64,000 nt of DNA from the NCBI GenBank assembly GCA_963755715.1, contig CAVWLW010000068.1, positions 32,001-96,000 of the forward strand, read 5' to 3'. Position 1 is the stretch's first letter. Each line of letters opens with the position of its first letter. The translations under genes were made by a program, and so were the position numbers. Source of the stretch: an uncultured delta proteobacterium. Its GTDB lineage: Bacteria; Desulfobacterota; Binatia; UBA9968. Below are positions 1 through 9,956 of the stretch, piece after piece. Below the pieces are notes generated by a model. The model was given only the letters and a program-made list of their open reading frames with translations, was not told the origin of the DNA and ran no database searches.

Positions 1-1
1 C

Positions 2-781
2 GAAGCACTGCGCAAAAGCCGCGATGATATCAAGCGGCCGCCCAAAGACGACGAGGAGCGCGAACGTTTGGCGCGCTGGCTCGCGCACCGCGGCCGCGAC
101 GAGCTCGAAGTCACGGTCGGCACGGCGTGTTACGCCATGGCGCACTTCGAAATGGATTCCGAATGGCGTTATTTTCTCGCCGAGCATGCCGGCACCGAAG
201 CGGGCCACGGCTGGGGTTATATACGCCAGGCCAACGCCATCGACCCAAGCCGCGATCACTCCAAACCCGATCCTGAGTTTGAGCGCAAGTACGGCCTTAC
301 CCCGCGCATCGAGCACCACCAGATCATGAAGCGCGATTTTTTGAGCTACATTTTTTCCGGCAACTTGTGGCCCTACGGCCACGTCACCGCGGCGAGCATC
401 CAGAGCATTCAGATCACGACGCCGAAGCTGCTCGATTTCGAAGAACGCGTGGTGCACGCCGAAGAGCGCAGCCATCACGACGCGATTTTGCAAAAACTCC
501 ACGACTACGTCTGGGAGCAGATCGAGATTTGGGGCGAAGCGCCGATTCGCCGGCGTATCGGCGAGATCGAGAAGCAGGCGCTCAACAGCCGTCCGCGCAC
601 GGTCTTCGATCCGCCGCGACGGGAGTTCCTGCGCAAATACTTCAACGTCCCGGTGGAGAATGTGCGGAAATTCCCCGCCTGGAGAGAGTATCTTTATCTC
701 AATGTCCTCGGCTTTCCGCCGGAGCCGGTTTACATCGAGAACTGGCCCGCGGAAATTCCCCAGCCCAAGGCGGGATTATAA
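2..781 (+). CDS. Ferritin-like (diiron carboxylate) superfamily protein, 5'-truncated by window edge
   Basis: Frame is open from base 2 (EALRKSRDDIK...) to TAA at 779-781. Helical protein with paired ExxH-type motifs (TEAGH, EERSHH) and an upstream DELE. Confidence 0.5.
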   Translation, partial: EALRKSRDDIKRPPKDDEERERLARWLAHRGRDELEVTVGTACYAMAHFEMDSEWRYFLAEHAGTEAGHGWGYIRQANAIDPSRDHSKPDPEFERKYGLTPRIEHHQIMKRDFLSYIFSGNLWPYGHVTAASIQSIQITTPKLLDFEERVVHAEERSHHDAILQKLHDYVWEQIEIWGEAPIRRRIGEIEKQALNSRPRTVFDPPRREFLRKYFNVPVENVRKFPAWREYLYLNVLGFPPEPVYIENWPAEIPQPKAGL

Positions 782-845
782 GACGCGTTTGCGCCTTGAA
801 GGGAGATTAGCTGCTGGCGACTGAGCGACGAGTGATATTCTGAGT

Positions 846-1846
846 TTAACGGTAGAGCCCATCGATATAGCCGGAACGATCGAGCTCTTCGAGAAATCGA
901 GTGTCGACGAAATCCCTCGGGTCGGCGGTTTTCGCCGCGGGAATTTGTTCGGCCAGCTCGGCGAAAACCATCTTGAAGCCATCGAGAGTCGGGTAGGGCT
1001 TTCGCGGCATGAAGCCGCGCAGGATCTGATAGGCATCGTCGAGATCCCGTTCCTGCTGCAGACGCATATGTTTGCGAAACGCGCGCTTGGCGACCTCCGG
1101 ATTGACGGTCGCGAGTTGAATTCCTTCGACGAACGACTTCATGACCCGGCGCGCGATGTCCGGTGACTTTGCCAGGTGCGCGCGCGTCGTTACCAGACCG
1201 GTGTGCTGGAAGGGGATGCCCATTTCCTCCATGTTGGCCAATACTCTCATGCCTGCTTCCTGCGCCTTCTTGTGATCCGGTGGCTCGACAATGGTCGCAT
1301 CGATGGAATTGGCGGCCAATGCCGCCAACCTTGTCGGCGCGCCACCGACCTGTACAAGCACGACGTCTTTTTCCGGATTGAAACCGAGCTTCGTCAATAA
1401 AAATCTCGTCGCCCGATCCGCGCCGGCGCCGAAGCGAGACACGGCCACCCGTTTGCCCTTCAAATCGGCGATTGTTTTGATTTCCGGCCGCGCGACCAGG
1501 CGGTAGATAAGCTGATTCAAAAAGCCGGCGACCATGGCCAGATCGGCGCCTTGCAGCTTTGGCGCCGCCATCAACGAGCCGGTCATCTCGCCGTAAATTA
1601 TATTGCCGGCAATCAGCGCCCGCTGCACAAGGGCGCTCTCCAAATAAAGCACCTCGACGTCCAAGCCGTTCTTCTCGAACACTTTGCCTTCTTTGGTGAT
1701 CCACAGCACCGCCATCGCGACCGATGGCGCGCCGTAGCCGATCCGCAGTTTGTCACGGCGGCCGCGTGCCGGCGGGTGCGTAGGACGCATAGGACGAAGA
1801 AAGCGCATAACCCAGCCGCTGAACGCAGCCCGTTGCTTTTGGCCAT
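846..1846 (-). CDS. ABC transporter substrate-binding protein, NMT1/SsuA/THI5-like (frameshift in signal-peptide region)
   Basis: Body KLRIGYG...FEKNGLDVE...DLKGKRVAVSRFG lies in ORF 846-1808. The signal-peptide-like start MAKSNGLRSAAGLCAFFVLCVL is in another frame (ATG 1846); frames switch near 1755-1785. Confidence 0.85.
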
Positions 1847-1862
1847 AAGTTCATTGACTCGA

Positions 1863-2939
1863 TTACGGTGCTGACAGTTTTTTTAGGATATTCGCCGATT
1901 CTTTGGGCGCTTTGAGAATCGACGCAGCGATGTTGCCGGCTTCTTCGCCGGGCACCAAGCGCGGCAACGTGCCCTGGCTCTTGGTCCATTCGGCGAGAAA
2001 CGTTTGATCTTTACCCATCGCATTGAAAGCCTGGCGCAGCTCAGTAACCAGCGCCGTTGGTGTCTTCGGCGCGACCGCGAGCAGCCGCGTCAGCGAGTAA
2101 CCGCCAATCACGGCTTTCTCCGCATCCCACGCGGGACCGCTTGGCTCTTTGCCGGTGATGGCGCGAAAGACTTCGGCGAGCGAGGGCGTGTCAATGCCGA
2201 GATCCTTCCACACGGGATCTTTGACTACGTTGCCTTTGCCGTCCAAGAATCCGACCTGGTAAAGCATTGTCGTCCAGCCTTCACGCACCCAAGGCAGCAC
2301 GGAGCGGGAAATGCCAACCGCGGTCTCTTGGGTGAAATTTATTTCCGCGCGCTCGAAGGCGAGGCGAATCGGACCGGCGCCGCCATAGCCGGTGACATAG
2401 TTCGGGCTCTTGACGCCGAGCAGATTCATCGCCGCCAGCATCGAAACGTCTTTGATCGACCCGTAACCGGAGCCGCCGATAACGATGGGACCCTTCGGAT
2501 TCAACAAATCTCGCGCCGACTTCACGCCGGTTTTGTCGTTCCGAATGAAAGCCGCAACGGACTCGGAGCTGCCCCCAACGATCGGCATTTTTGTGATGTC
2601 GAACTCGATGCCGGACAGCTCGATCAATTGATTGATCGGTGTGCCGGTGGCAAACAGGGCGGTAAGTCCATCAGGCTTAGCTTTGCCATACACGTAGTTC
2701 GTGCCGATGATCTCGCCGCCGCCGGGCATATTTTCAACAACGATCGTTGGGCTCCCAGGAATATGACGCGACAAATGTCGCATCATCAAGCGCGCGACGA
2801 TGTCGCTGCCGCCGCCGGCCGCCGAAGCGACGACGACGCGGAGTGTCTTGCCCTGGTAGAAGGGCTCCGCGGCGAAAGCACCGGGCGAAATAACGAGAAG
2901 AACCGTTATCAAAAGAATCGATTTTAGAAAAATACACAT
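1863..2939 (-). CDS. Tripartite tricarboxylate transporter substrate-binding protein (TctC/Bug family)
   Basis: Signal peptide; FYQGKTLRVVV..AAGGGSDIVARL, IPGSPTIVVENMPGGG and AKPDGLT motifs. Confidence 0.88.
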   Translation of the reverse strand: MCIFLKSILLITVLLVISPGAFAAEPFYQGKTLRVVVASAAGGGSDIVARLMMRHLSRHIPGSPTIVVENMPGGGEIIGTNYVYGKAKPDGLTALFATGTPINQLIELSGIEFDITKMPIVGGSSESVAAFIRNDKTGVKSARDLLNPKGPIVIGGSGYGSIKDVSMLAAMNLLGVKSPNYVTGYGGAGPIRLAFERAEINFTQETAVGISRSVLPWVREGWTTMLYQVGFLDGKGNVVKDPVWKDLGIDTPSLAEVFRAITGKEPSGPAWDAEKAVIGGYSLTRLLAVAPKTPTALVTELRQAFNAMGKDQTFLAEWTKSQGTLPRLVPGEEAGNIAASILKAPKESANILKKLSAP

Positions 2940-2984
2940 AGAACGATGAAGCTTAGGTCTTGTGACCGATTAAAGTTTTCACCC

Positions 2985-3129
2985 TCTTCCAGTGAAATTG
3001 TGTCGCAATGTCATTCTGAGCCGCAGGCAAAGAATCTGTTTTACGCACTGATCAGATTAGTTCGCTATCGCTAAGGATGACATCCAGACAACTCAGCACA
3101 TTGCGACAGAGTTCTCTGAGAGTGGAAGA
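2985..3129. repeat. Nested palindromic (REP/MITE-like) intergenic element
   Basis: Perfect 11-bp IR tgtcgcaatgt (3001-3011) / acattgcgaca (3098-3108); inner IR tgtcattctgag / ctaaggatgaca (10 of 12 match); aatctg / cagatt; outer tcttcca / tggaaga. Confidence 0.6.
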
Positions 3130-3177
3130 AATATAGATCCGAGCCGTCAATGCTTCTCACTAATATTTAAGGACGCG

Positions 3178-4581
3178 TTAAGCGGTTAACAACTGGGCAA
3201 GCACCGCGACATCGTCTACTTCTTCCAACCGCAGCGCGAGCGCGAGCGCGTCATCGATCTTTGCTACGCTCAGCGGTTTAGCCGCATAGCTCGCCATGCC
3301 GCGAAAGGCGCTGACGAGTTCTTCGGAGGTCACCGGGTTGTTCGGATTGCCTTTCGGATAGACGACTTTCTCGCTGAAGACCTTGCCGTCGCGCATGACG
3401 ATTTCTACCGCCTGCGGTTTGACGTCCATCGGTCCATGATCGAATTCTGGGGTGAGAACGGTTTTCACCCGTGCCGCGAGATCGAGGATTTCTTCGCCGC
3501 GCAATTTCGCATCGGTAAATTCTTCCAGCGACAGCCCGCCGCTGACGAGCGTGGCCGCAACCGTATAAGGAATGCTGAACTGTGCATCGACCACCCCTTC
3601 GGGGTGATGCTTTTTCTTTTTTTCGTCTTCGCTCCAGCCGCCCACCGAGCGCATATCGCGCTCGCCGATCTGAACCCGTATTTCCTGAATGTCATGCGCT
3701 TTGATCGAATACTTGTGGAGCAGACTCAAACAAGCGGTGACGGCGCAATGGGTATAGCGGCAAGACGGAAAGGGCTTCGGTCCAACCAGAACGATTTCAA
3801 AACGGCTGCCGAGTTGATCGAGCAGCTGGGCATAATCACCTTCCTGCTGATAAAAGGTTTGGAAGAAACCGGCAGACCCCTGAAAAACTTCACCAGCAGC
3901 GGGAAAATCTGCCCTCGCGAGCAACGCGGCAATCACGCCGCTCTGCGCCGCGAAACCGACGCCCAATCTTTTGGTCAAGGACGGCGCCACCGTGCTGTTG
4001 CCCGCAACTGTGGAACGGCAAAAGGCGATGCCGAGAGCATTGTGCAAGCCATTCTCGTCCAAGCCGAGAATTTTGCCGCACGCGGCGGCAGCCGCGAAGG
4101 GCCCCAACGCGATAGCGCGCGCATGCACCGGTTTCGGATTAGTCGCGAGTCCCAAGCGAATACCGAGATCGACGCCGAGGCAAACAGCCGTGATGAAATC
4201 TTTGCCTGAAATTTTCCCGACTTTTTCGGCGACGGCTAATGCTGCCGGGATAACCGTGATGCTCGACTTGTAAGCGATGCGATCGTCATTGATGTCGAGC
4301 TCGCGGCTGTGCCCCATGGTCGCGTTGACCAACGCGGCGAAGGCCGCCGGAAGCTTATCTCCGGTCACGAGTACCGTACTTTCCTGACTTGCGCCGCTCA
4401 AAGCGCGCGCGCCGGCGAGCGCCTGCTTGATTCCCGGCGCGCTCGATCCGGCGAGAATAGTCCCAAGCGTATAAAGAATATGTTCCTTGGTCGCGCGCAG
4501 CGCATCGTCATCGAGCGCATCAAATCCGGTGCGCGCCAGATAGCCGGCGATTTCTTTTGTCAGTGTGCCGCTGCCGATCAT
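3178..4581 (-). CDS. MmgE/PrpD family protein
   Basis: AALVNATMGHSRELD, KPFPSCRYTH, AQFSIPY and PKGNPNNP motifs. ATG 4581 is preceded by a GAAGGA SD. Confidence 0.9.
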   Translation of the reverse strand: MIGSGTLTKEIAGYLARTGFDALDDDALRATKEHILYTLGTILAGSSAPGIKQALAGARALSGASQESTVLVTGDKLPAAFAALVNATMGHSRELDINDDRIAYKSSITVIPAALAVAEKVGKISGKDFITAVCLGVDLGIRLGLATNPKPVHARAIALGPFAAAAACGKILGLDENGLHNALGIAFCRSTVAGNSTVAPSLTKRLGVGFAAQSGVIAALLARADFPAAGEVFQGSAGFFQTFYQQEGDYAQLLDQLGSRFEIVLVGPKPFPSCRYTHCAVTACLSLLHKYSIKAHDIQEIRVQIGERDMRSVGGWSEDEKKKKHHPEGVVDAQFSIPYTVAATLVSGGLSLEEFTDAKLRGEEILDLAARVKTVLTPEFDHGPMDVKPQAVEIVMRDGKVFSEKVVYPKGNPNNPVTSEELVSAFRGMASYAAKPLSVAKIDDALALALRLEEVDDVAVLAQLLTA

Positions 4582-4742
4582 TTGTTTTCCTTCGTCAATG
4601 AATAGGAACGGCCCGTGACTTAGAGTCGAAGCGCCGCCACTACTTTGTGACCGCTTTTCGCAACTGTCAGTATATTGCGGGCCGGACGAGGAGTGTGCTT
4701 TCTGCGCCATTAACGTCAACGGCCGGTAATAAAAGAGTCGAG

Positions 4743-6062
4743 CTATGCATACCGCGACATGGTGACCGGCTCATGCTCGTCAGGCGCCTGAGTCACAACT
4801 AGTTGTGGTTCTATACCATACAGCCGGCGCGCATTGGCGCCGAGCATCTTTTCTTGAACTTCTCGCGGTACTTGCCATTTGTCCATGTGATCGATCGCCT
4901 CCCAAACATCGGAAGCATCGAGATGCGGCATGTCCGAAGACCACAGACCAATGTTTTCGTACAGATCCCACAATCGAAACGTCATTTCTTCGTCGCTCTC
5001 AAAAGCAATGTAGCAACTCTTATTAAAAACCTCGCGCGGATCGCCTATCTTCTCTCCTAGATGGCGGTACAACTCGAGATAGGTCTCGGCTTTCTCCAAC
5101 ACCAATGGCAGCCAGCTTGAGTTGGACTCTAGAATCGCCACCTTGAGCCGCGGGAACTTTTCGAGCCAACCGGTCATTAAAACAACTCCGGTCCAGGTCA
5201 TCGCCTCGGCGATGAACCCGTACGCTTGGTCCCCGGCTTGCCTGGAGCCCATGATTTGCATGATGTTCGCTATAAACTGCCCCGGTGAATAAACGAGCAC
5301 GTCCTCGTCCGCGAACAAGCGATTCCGCTCAGCTCCCATGCGTTTTCCCAATCCAGGCGACAAAGCCTCGCCCCGCGCTGGGAACGTATGCATTCCCAGC
5401 ACCAGGCCGAGTTCTTCGAACTCCCGCCACAGGGGATCGAATTCCGGAAATGTGGGGTACTTATTCTGCGCAATAATGGGACGAACAAGCGCGGATTTAA
5501 ACCCTCGCCTTGCTACGCGCCGCAGTTCCTCTATCGCATAGTCCACGTTCTGTATTGGGAGAACCGCTGCAGGGAACAGTCTCTTTGGATCCGCGCTGCA
5601 ATAGTCATAGACCCAGTCGTTGTAAGCTCTCGCGCAGATCTGTGCTGCCTCGGCATTGTCGACTAGCGGCAGATAGACGTAGGTAGACGGAAAGATCATG
5701 ACTTGGTCGATACCAGCAGCGTTCATGTCCTTCAGCCGCACACGAGGGTCTCTCCCGCTGGCATTTCTACCAATCTTTTCATCCCATTCTTTCGTCCCTG
5801 GCTGTGTGGCACCAATGATCTTTTTGGTCAGTCCGGGATGCCAAGTTTCCGCGGCATATTTACACTTGTCCGGATCTCGAAAGCTGATTTTTGAGTTACG
5901 AACCAAGATCAGGCGGTCCGCGTCTCTGTAAAAATGAGTTTTGGCGAAATGTTGCTGGTTCTTAGGAATGTATTTGTCCCAGATCTCTGGAGGTTCGTAA
6001 ATGTGGCTATCGCAATCGAAAACAGAAAAAGCCTTGTTTCTGCCCTTAGCGTTGTATGCCAT
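4743..6062 (-). CDS. Amidohydrolase family 2 protein
   Basis: FDCDSHIYEP, RLKDMNAAGID, AYNDW, MH, FPRLKVAILES, WSSDMPH motifs. Confidence 0.9.
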   Translation of the reverse strand: MAYNAKGRNKAFSVFDCDSHIYEPPEIWDKYIPKNQQHFAKTHFYRDADRLILVRNSKISFRDPDKCKYAAETWHPGLTKKIIGATQPGTKEWDEKIGRNASGRDPRVRLKDMNAAGIDQVMIFPSTYVYLPLVDNAEAAQICARAYNDWVYDYCSADPKRLFPAAVLPIQNVDYAIEELRRVARRGFKSALVRPIIAQNKYPTFPEFDPLWREFEELGLVLGMHTFPARGEALSPGLGKRMGAERNRLFADEDVLVYSPGQFIANIMQIMGSRQAGDQAYGFIAEAMTWTGVVLMTGWLEKFPRLKVAILESNSSWLPLVLEKAETYLELYRHLGEKIGDPREVFNKSCYIAFESDEEMTFRLWDLYENIGLWSSDMPHLDASDVWEAIDHMDKWQVPREVQEKMLGANARRLYGIEPQLVVTQAPDEHEPVTMSRYA

Positions 6063-6101
6063 GACTATCTCCTTAGATATGCAACGCTGAACGAGTTCGA
6101 G

Positions 6102-7497
6102 TTATTGCCTCGTCACGCAGCCCTTGAGCCCTTCATTAAACCCTCGGTCCCACGCTTCTTCGTAATCCGGCAACTCATTAAGCAGAAGGATGTCGTCGTA
6201 AGTGCCGTGGCCGGAGCCGATGCGCCGTTCGGGGTGGACGCACTCGCGGCGCGGCATGGGCAGATTGTATTTCTTCCAGCTGTTGTAATAGTTGCCCATC
6301 AACTGAAGATAATATTCCAGCGGGATCGGCGGCTGCTCGTGCTGTGAGCCAAGGTTCGAGCCCGGCTCGCGGCGCCATTGGTTGAAGCGCGGGATGATGC
6401 CGTGGCTCATCATGAAGTCCACCCCATCCGATGTCGACTTCACGGCTTCGCCGACTGTCTCGAAACCGTAGGGTTTCGCCATCTCGACGCCGCCAACGAA
6501 ATTGGGCCGCACGTTGCCTTCGCCGAAAACATCCACCTCGTCGATCATGCTTCTCACCCAACCATCCCAACCTACGCGCCGGTTTTTCCCCGGGTTGATC
6601 CACTCGAACAGCCGTTTGTCCCACACCTCCATATTCGAGTGGTGACAATCCACACCCGCGGCACGGTAATGCTTCATGGTTTCTTTACCCTGCGCGTTGG
6701 TCTGCAGATTCACGAAGCGCCGCCGCCCGCCCCACTTGAGCGCCGAGACGTATTCGGAATAGAAACTCAGCTCGTCTTTGCCGTGCAGGGTTTTCAAAAT
6801 CGTCCCGCCGGTGATCAGAAAATCCATCGGCGGCGCGAAGCCGACTTCTTCGGTGGCGTCCTGCTCGATGGAGCGCGCGACTTCCACCATGTAGGCGACC
6901 GGCTTTACCGGGGCGTTGAAAGTAAAGTCTTTGGACTCCTTCATCTGGCGCGCGTTAATATTGATATCGCAGAAGCGGCATTCTTCGTCGGGACCCCAAT
7001 ACTGGCAGTTGCGAAAAACGGTCACGAAATAGCCGAAGGCGATGATCTCGTGATAGGCCGTGCCGTCGTCGAACTTGCGCGTGTAGTATTTCATCGGCTT
7101 GGGAAAGTAGACTTCGCAGATCTCTTTGCCGTTGAGCAATAGCTTGGGCTGGCCGTCGACCGACATCGATGACGTAAGGCGAATTCGAATCGAGCGTCGT
7201 CTGGATGCTCACCGGTCTCAGTCCGTACAGGCCGCGGCGAATCGTAAACCACTCGGGAATCTTGCGGTGCTCTTTGCGCTTCATGTCCTTCATCGCCATG
7301 AGATCGTAGGAAAACAGGCGGTAGGATTTCACCAGCGCTTGGGAAGCGAGTTCGAGCGCAGCGTCGGTGAACCAGTGGCCGACGCGCAGTAGATCGTGCT
7401 TCAAGATAATTTCTCGCGGCAGATCGCCATAGCTCGAAAAATAATTTTCGAGTTGACCCAAGGTTCGCGCACTTGTCGCCTCTGCGATTGCTTCCAT
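6102..7497 (-). CDS. Radical SAM protein with CX8CX2C motif (one +1 frameshift near 7160)
   Basis: ORF 6955-7497 (ATG with GGAAAGGA SD) joins ORF 6102-7166 when one C of CC at 7160-7161 is removed (PYVIDV|VDGQPK). Motif CQYWGPDEECRFC and a TGG motif. Confidence 0.8.
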
Positions 7498-7701
7498 CTT
7501 AATGATTTCCTTTCCGCAAAAGGTTCATTTTCAAGCCGGCTCAAGGAGACCGCGATCGGTTCGACGATGCAAATCAGTTGTCTTTCATCGACAACTCATC
7601 TAATGGAAGGTTTAGGCGTCTGTCAATATGTCGAAAGCTAAGCGAATAGCCTTGGAATCATCCACAACAAATTCTCGGTTGATCTTGCAGGAGGTATTGC
7701 G

Positions 7702-8778
7702 ATGCCAACGATCGACGGCGATGCCCACGTGATGGAAGGCCCTCAGACTTGGGAATATTGCGATCCGTCAGAGCGCAAGTTCATGCCGGTGTTAATTGAT
7801 CCGGGCGCCAACTCCGACCGGCAGTTCTGGCTGGTCGATGGCAAGATCCGCGGCCACGTGCGCCACGTGATCAAGCCAAAGGATTTTCAAGCGCTGGCCG
7901 AGGCCAGCGGCCGCGACATGGTCGTGCCATCGGAGGCGCAGCATCTCGAAGACGTCCAGGCGCGCATTCGCCATATGGACGAGATGGGCATCGATTTTCA
8001 GGTGATGTATCCGACGATCTTCATCCAGCAGGTCACCGACAAGCCCGAATTCGAAGTGCCGATCTGCAAAGCCTACAACCGCTGGATGGCCGATGTCTGG
8101 AAACAGGGGAAAGGCCGGTTGCGCTGGGTCTGCGTGTTGCCGCTCTTGAGCATGCAGGACTCCATCGACGTGCTGCCGTGGTGCAAGGAGAACGGCGCGG
8201 TGGCGGTGTTGATGCGCCCGTTCGAGGGCGATCGCTTGATCCAAGATCCTTATTTTTATCCACTCTACGAAGCGATGACGGAACTCGATCTGCCGGTGGG
8301 CATGCATATCGGCAACGCCAACCCCAATATCATCGACACGACCCGCCAGCGCATCGGTTACGGCGCCGGCTTCTGGAGCATGTCGGCGAACACCGCCGGT
8401 GCATGCCACGCGGTGATTACCAGCAAGCTGCCTGAAATCTTCCCCAAGCTGCGCTTCGGCTTCATCGAAGCATCGGCGCAATGGATTCCCTGGGTGTTCA
8501 AGGACATCAAGCGGCGCGCCGAAGGGCGCAAGCTGCCGGATAATTTTTTCGAGACCTACCGGCTTTATGTGTCCTGCTACAGCAGCACCGACGACATCGA
8601 ATACATCGCGCAGTATTCCACCGAGAATGTACTGATGACCGGCACCGACTACGGCCATGTCGATATGTCGGTCGAGATCGACGCCTTACGGACGCTGGAA
8701 AAGAACGGCAAAGTACGGCCGGAGCTGGCGCGGAAAATCTTGTACGACAATCCGGCGCGGTTCTACGGAATTCAATAA
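7702..8778 (+). CDS. Amidohydrolase family 2 protein
   Basis: IDGDAHVME, AYNRW, MHIG, FPKLRFGFIEA and GTDYGH motifs; SD AGGAGG. Confidence 0.9.
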   Translation: MPTIDGDAHVMEGPQTWEYCDPSERKFMPVLIDPGANSDRQFWLVDGKIRGHVRHVIKPKDFQALAEASGRDMVVPSEAQHLEDVQARIRHMDEMGIDFQVMYPTIFIQQVTDKPEFEVPICKAYNRWMADVWKQGKGRLRWVCVLPLLSMQDSIDVLPWCKENGAVAVLMRPFEGDRLIQDPYFYPLYEAMTELDLPVGMHIGNANPNIIDTTRQRIGYGAGFWSMSANTAGACHAVITSKLPEIFPKLRFGFIEASAQWIPWVFKDIKRRAEGRKLPDNFFETYRLYVSCYSSTDDIEYIAQYSTENVLMTGTDYGHVDMSVEIDALRTLEKNGKVRPELARKILYDNPARFYGIQ

Positions 8779-8789
8779 TACAGTTCCGA

Positions 8790-8823
8790 AGGTCCCAATC
8801 GTTCAAAACGTTTCAAGCCGTTA
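8790..8823. repeat. Short intergenic repeat, copy 1
   Basis: aggtcccaatcgt (8790-8802) is identical to 13433-13445; both copies are followed by cgtttcaa..cgtt. Confidence 0.5.
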
Positions 8824-8844
8824 AAACCGGAATACCCGAAAGAA

Positions 8845-9834
8845 ATGCACATAGCATTGATTCGTATCGCGGCTTCATTTGTTTGCGCTGCGCTATTTTT
8901 CGAAGCTCAAGCGTTCGCGCAGCTCACCAAGCTCAACGTCGGGTATGTCGGCATCACTTCGGACAACGCGGCGGCGTTCATCGCGCGCGACACCGGTATT
9001 TATGCGAGAAACGGCCTGGACGTGCAGCTGATCTATTTCAACAGCGGCACTACCGCGGTGACCGCGCTGATCACCGGCGAGACACCGATCTCGCAAACCG
9101 CCGGGCCCGGCGTCATCAATGCGACGATGAATGGCTCCGACACCGTCATGATCGCCGGCGGCAACGTGACCTTGGATTACTGGATGCTCAGCCGTCCGGA
9201 AATCAAGACGCCGGAACAGCTCAAGGGCGGCGCGGTCGCGATCAGCCGCTTCGGCTCCGCGTCCGACTTCATCGTCCGCTACGCCTTGCAGCGGCTAGGA
9301 TTAACTCCCGTGAAGGATGTCGCGATACTTCAGGTAGGCTCGCTGACCGAACGCCTTGCGGCGATGGAAACCAAGCGCGTGCAGGCCACCGTGCTGGCGC
9401 CGCCGGCGATGTATCAAGCGCAAACGCGCGGCTTCAATATGCTGGTCGACATCGCTGCGCTCGGTCTGCCGTATCAGGCAACCGGCGTCGCGACGACGCG
9501 AAAATTCATTCGTGAGCGGACAGATACTGTGCGCCGCTACATCAAAGCTCATATCGAGGCCGTGCACCGCTTCAAGACCGACCGCGAAACCTCGATGAGA
9601 GTGCTGGCCAAGTCCTTAGCTCTGTCCGACAAGCAGTTGCTCGAAAGAACTTATGACGGCGCGATCGCCGAGCACAAACTGCCGGCGAAGCAGTACCCGA
9701 CATTAGAGGGATTGAAAACAATTTTAGCGAGCGACCCAAAAGCAAAGGCTGCAAAAGCTGAAGACTTTGTCGATCTCCGTTTCATCAAAGAGCTCGACGA
9801 CAGCGGCTATATCGATAATCTCTATAAGAGATAG
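8845..9834 (+). CDS. ABC transporter substrate-binding protein, NMT1/SsuA-like
   Basis: Signal peptide ending AFA; KLNVGY, NGLDVQL, LKGGAVAISRFGS. C-terminal FVDLRFIKELDDSGYIDNLY parallels the gene at 846-1846. Confidence 0.9.
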   Translation: MHIALIRIAASFVCAALFFEAQAFAQLTKLNVGYVGITSDNAAAFIARDTGIYARNGLDVQLIYFNSGTTAVTALITGETPISQTAGPGVINATMNGSDTVMIAGGNVTLDYWMLSRPEIKTPEQLKGGAVAISRFGSASDFIVRYALQRLGLTPVKDVAILQVGSLTERLAAMETKRVQATVLAPPAMYQAQTRGFNMLVDIAALGLPYQATGVATTRKFIRERTDTVRRYIKAHIEAVHRFKTDRETSMRVLAKSLALSDKQLLERTYDGAIAEHKLPAKQYPTLEGLKTILASDPKAKAAKAEDFVDLRFIKELDDSGYIDNLYKR

Positions 9835-9956
9835 TTTTCTCACACGCTCGGCGTAATGAACGCGAAACCAAATTCGGATTTCGTCTCTTCGCCGGCCCAT
9901 CGATTTTAATTTGCCCTCAAGCTGTCGGAAACGACGGTTTGATCGGCGCCGCACTT

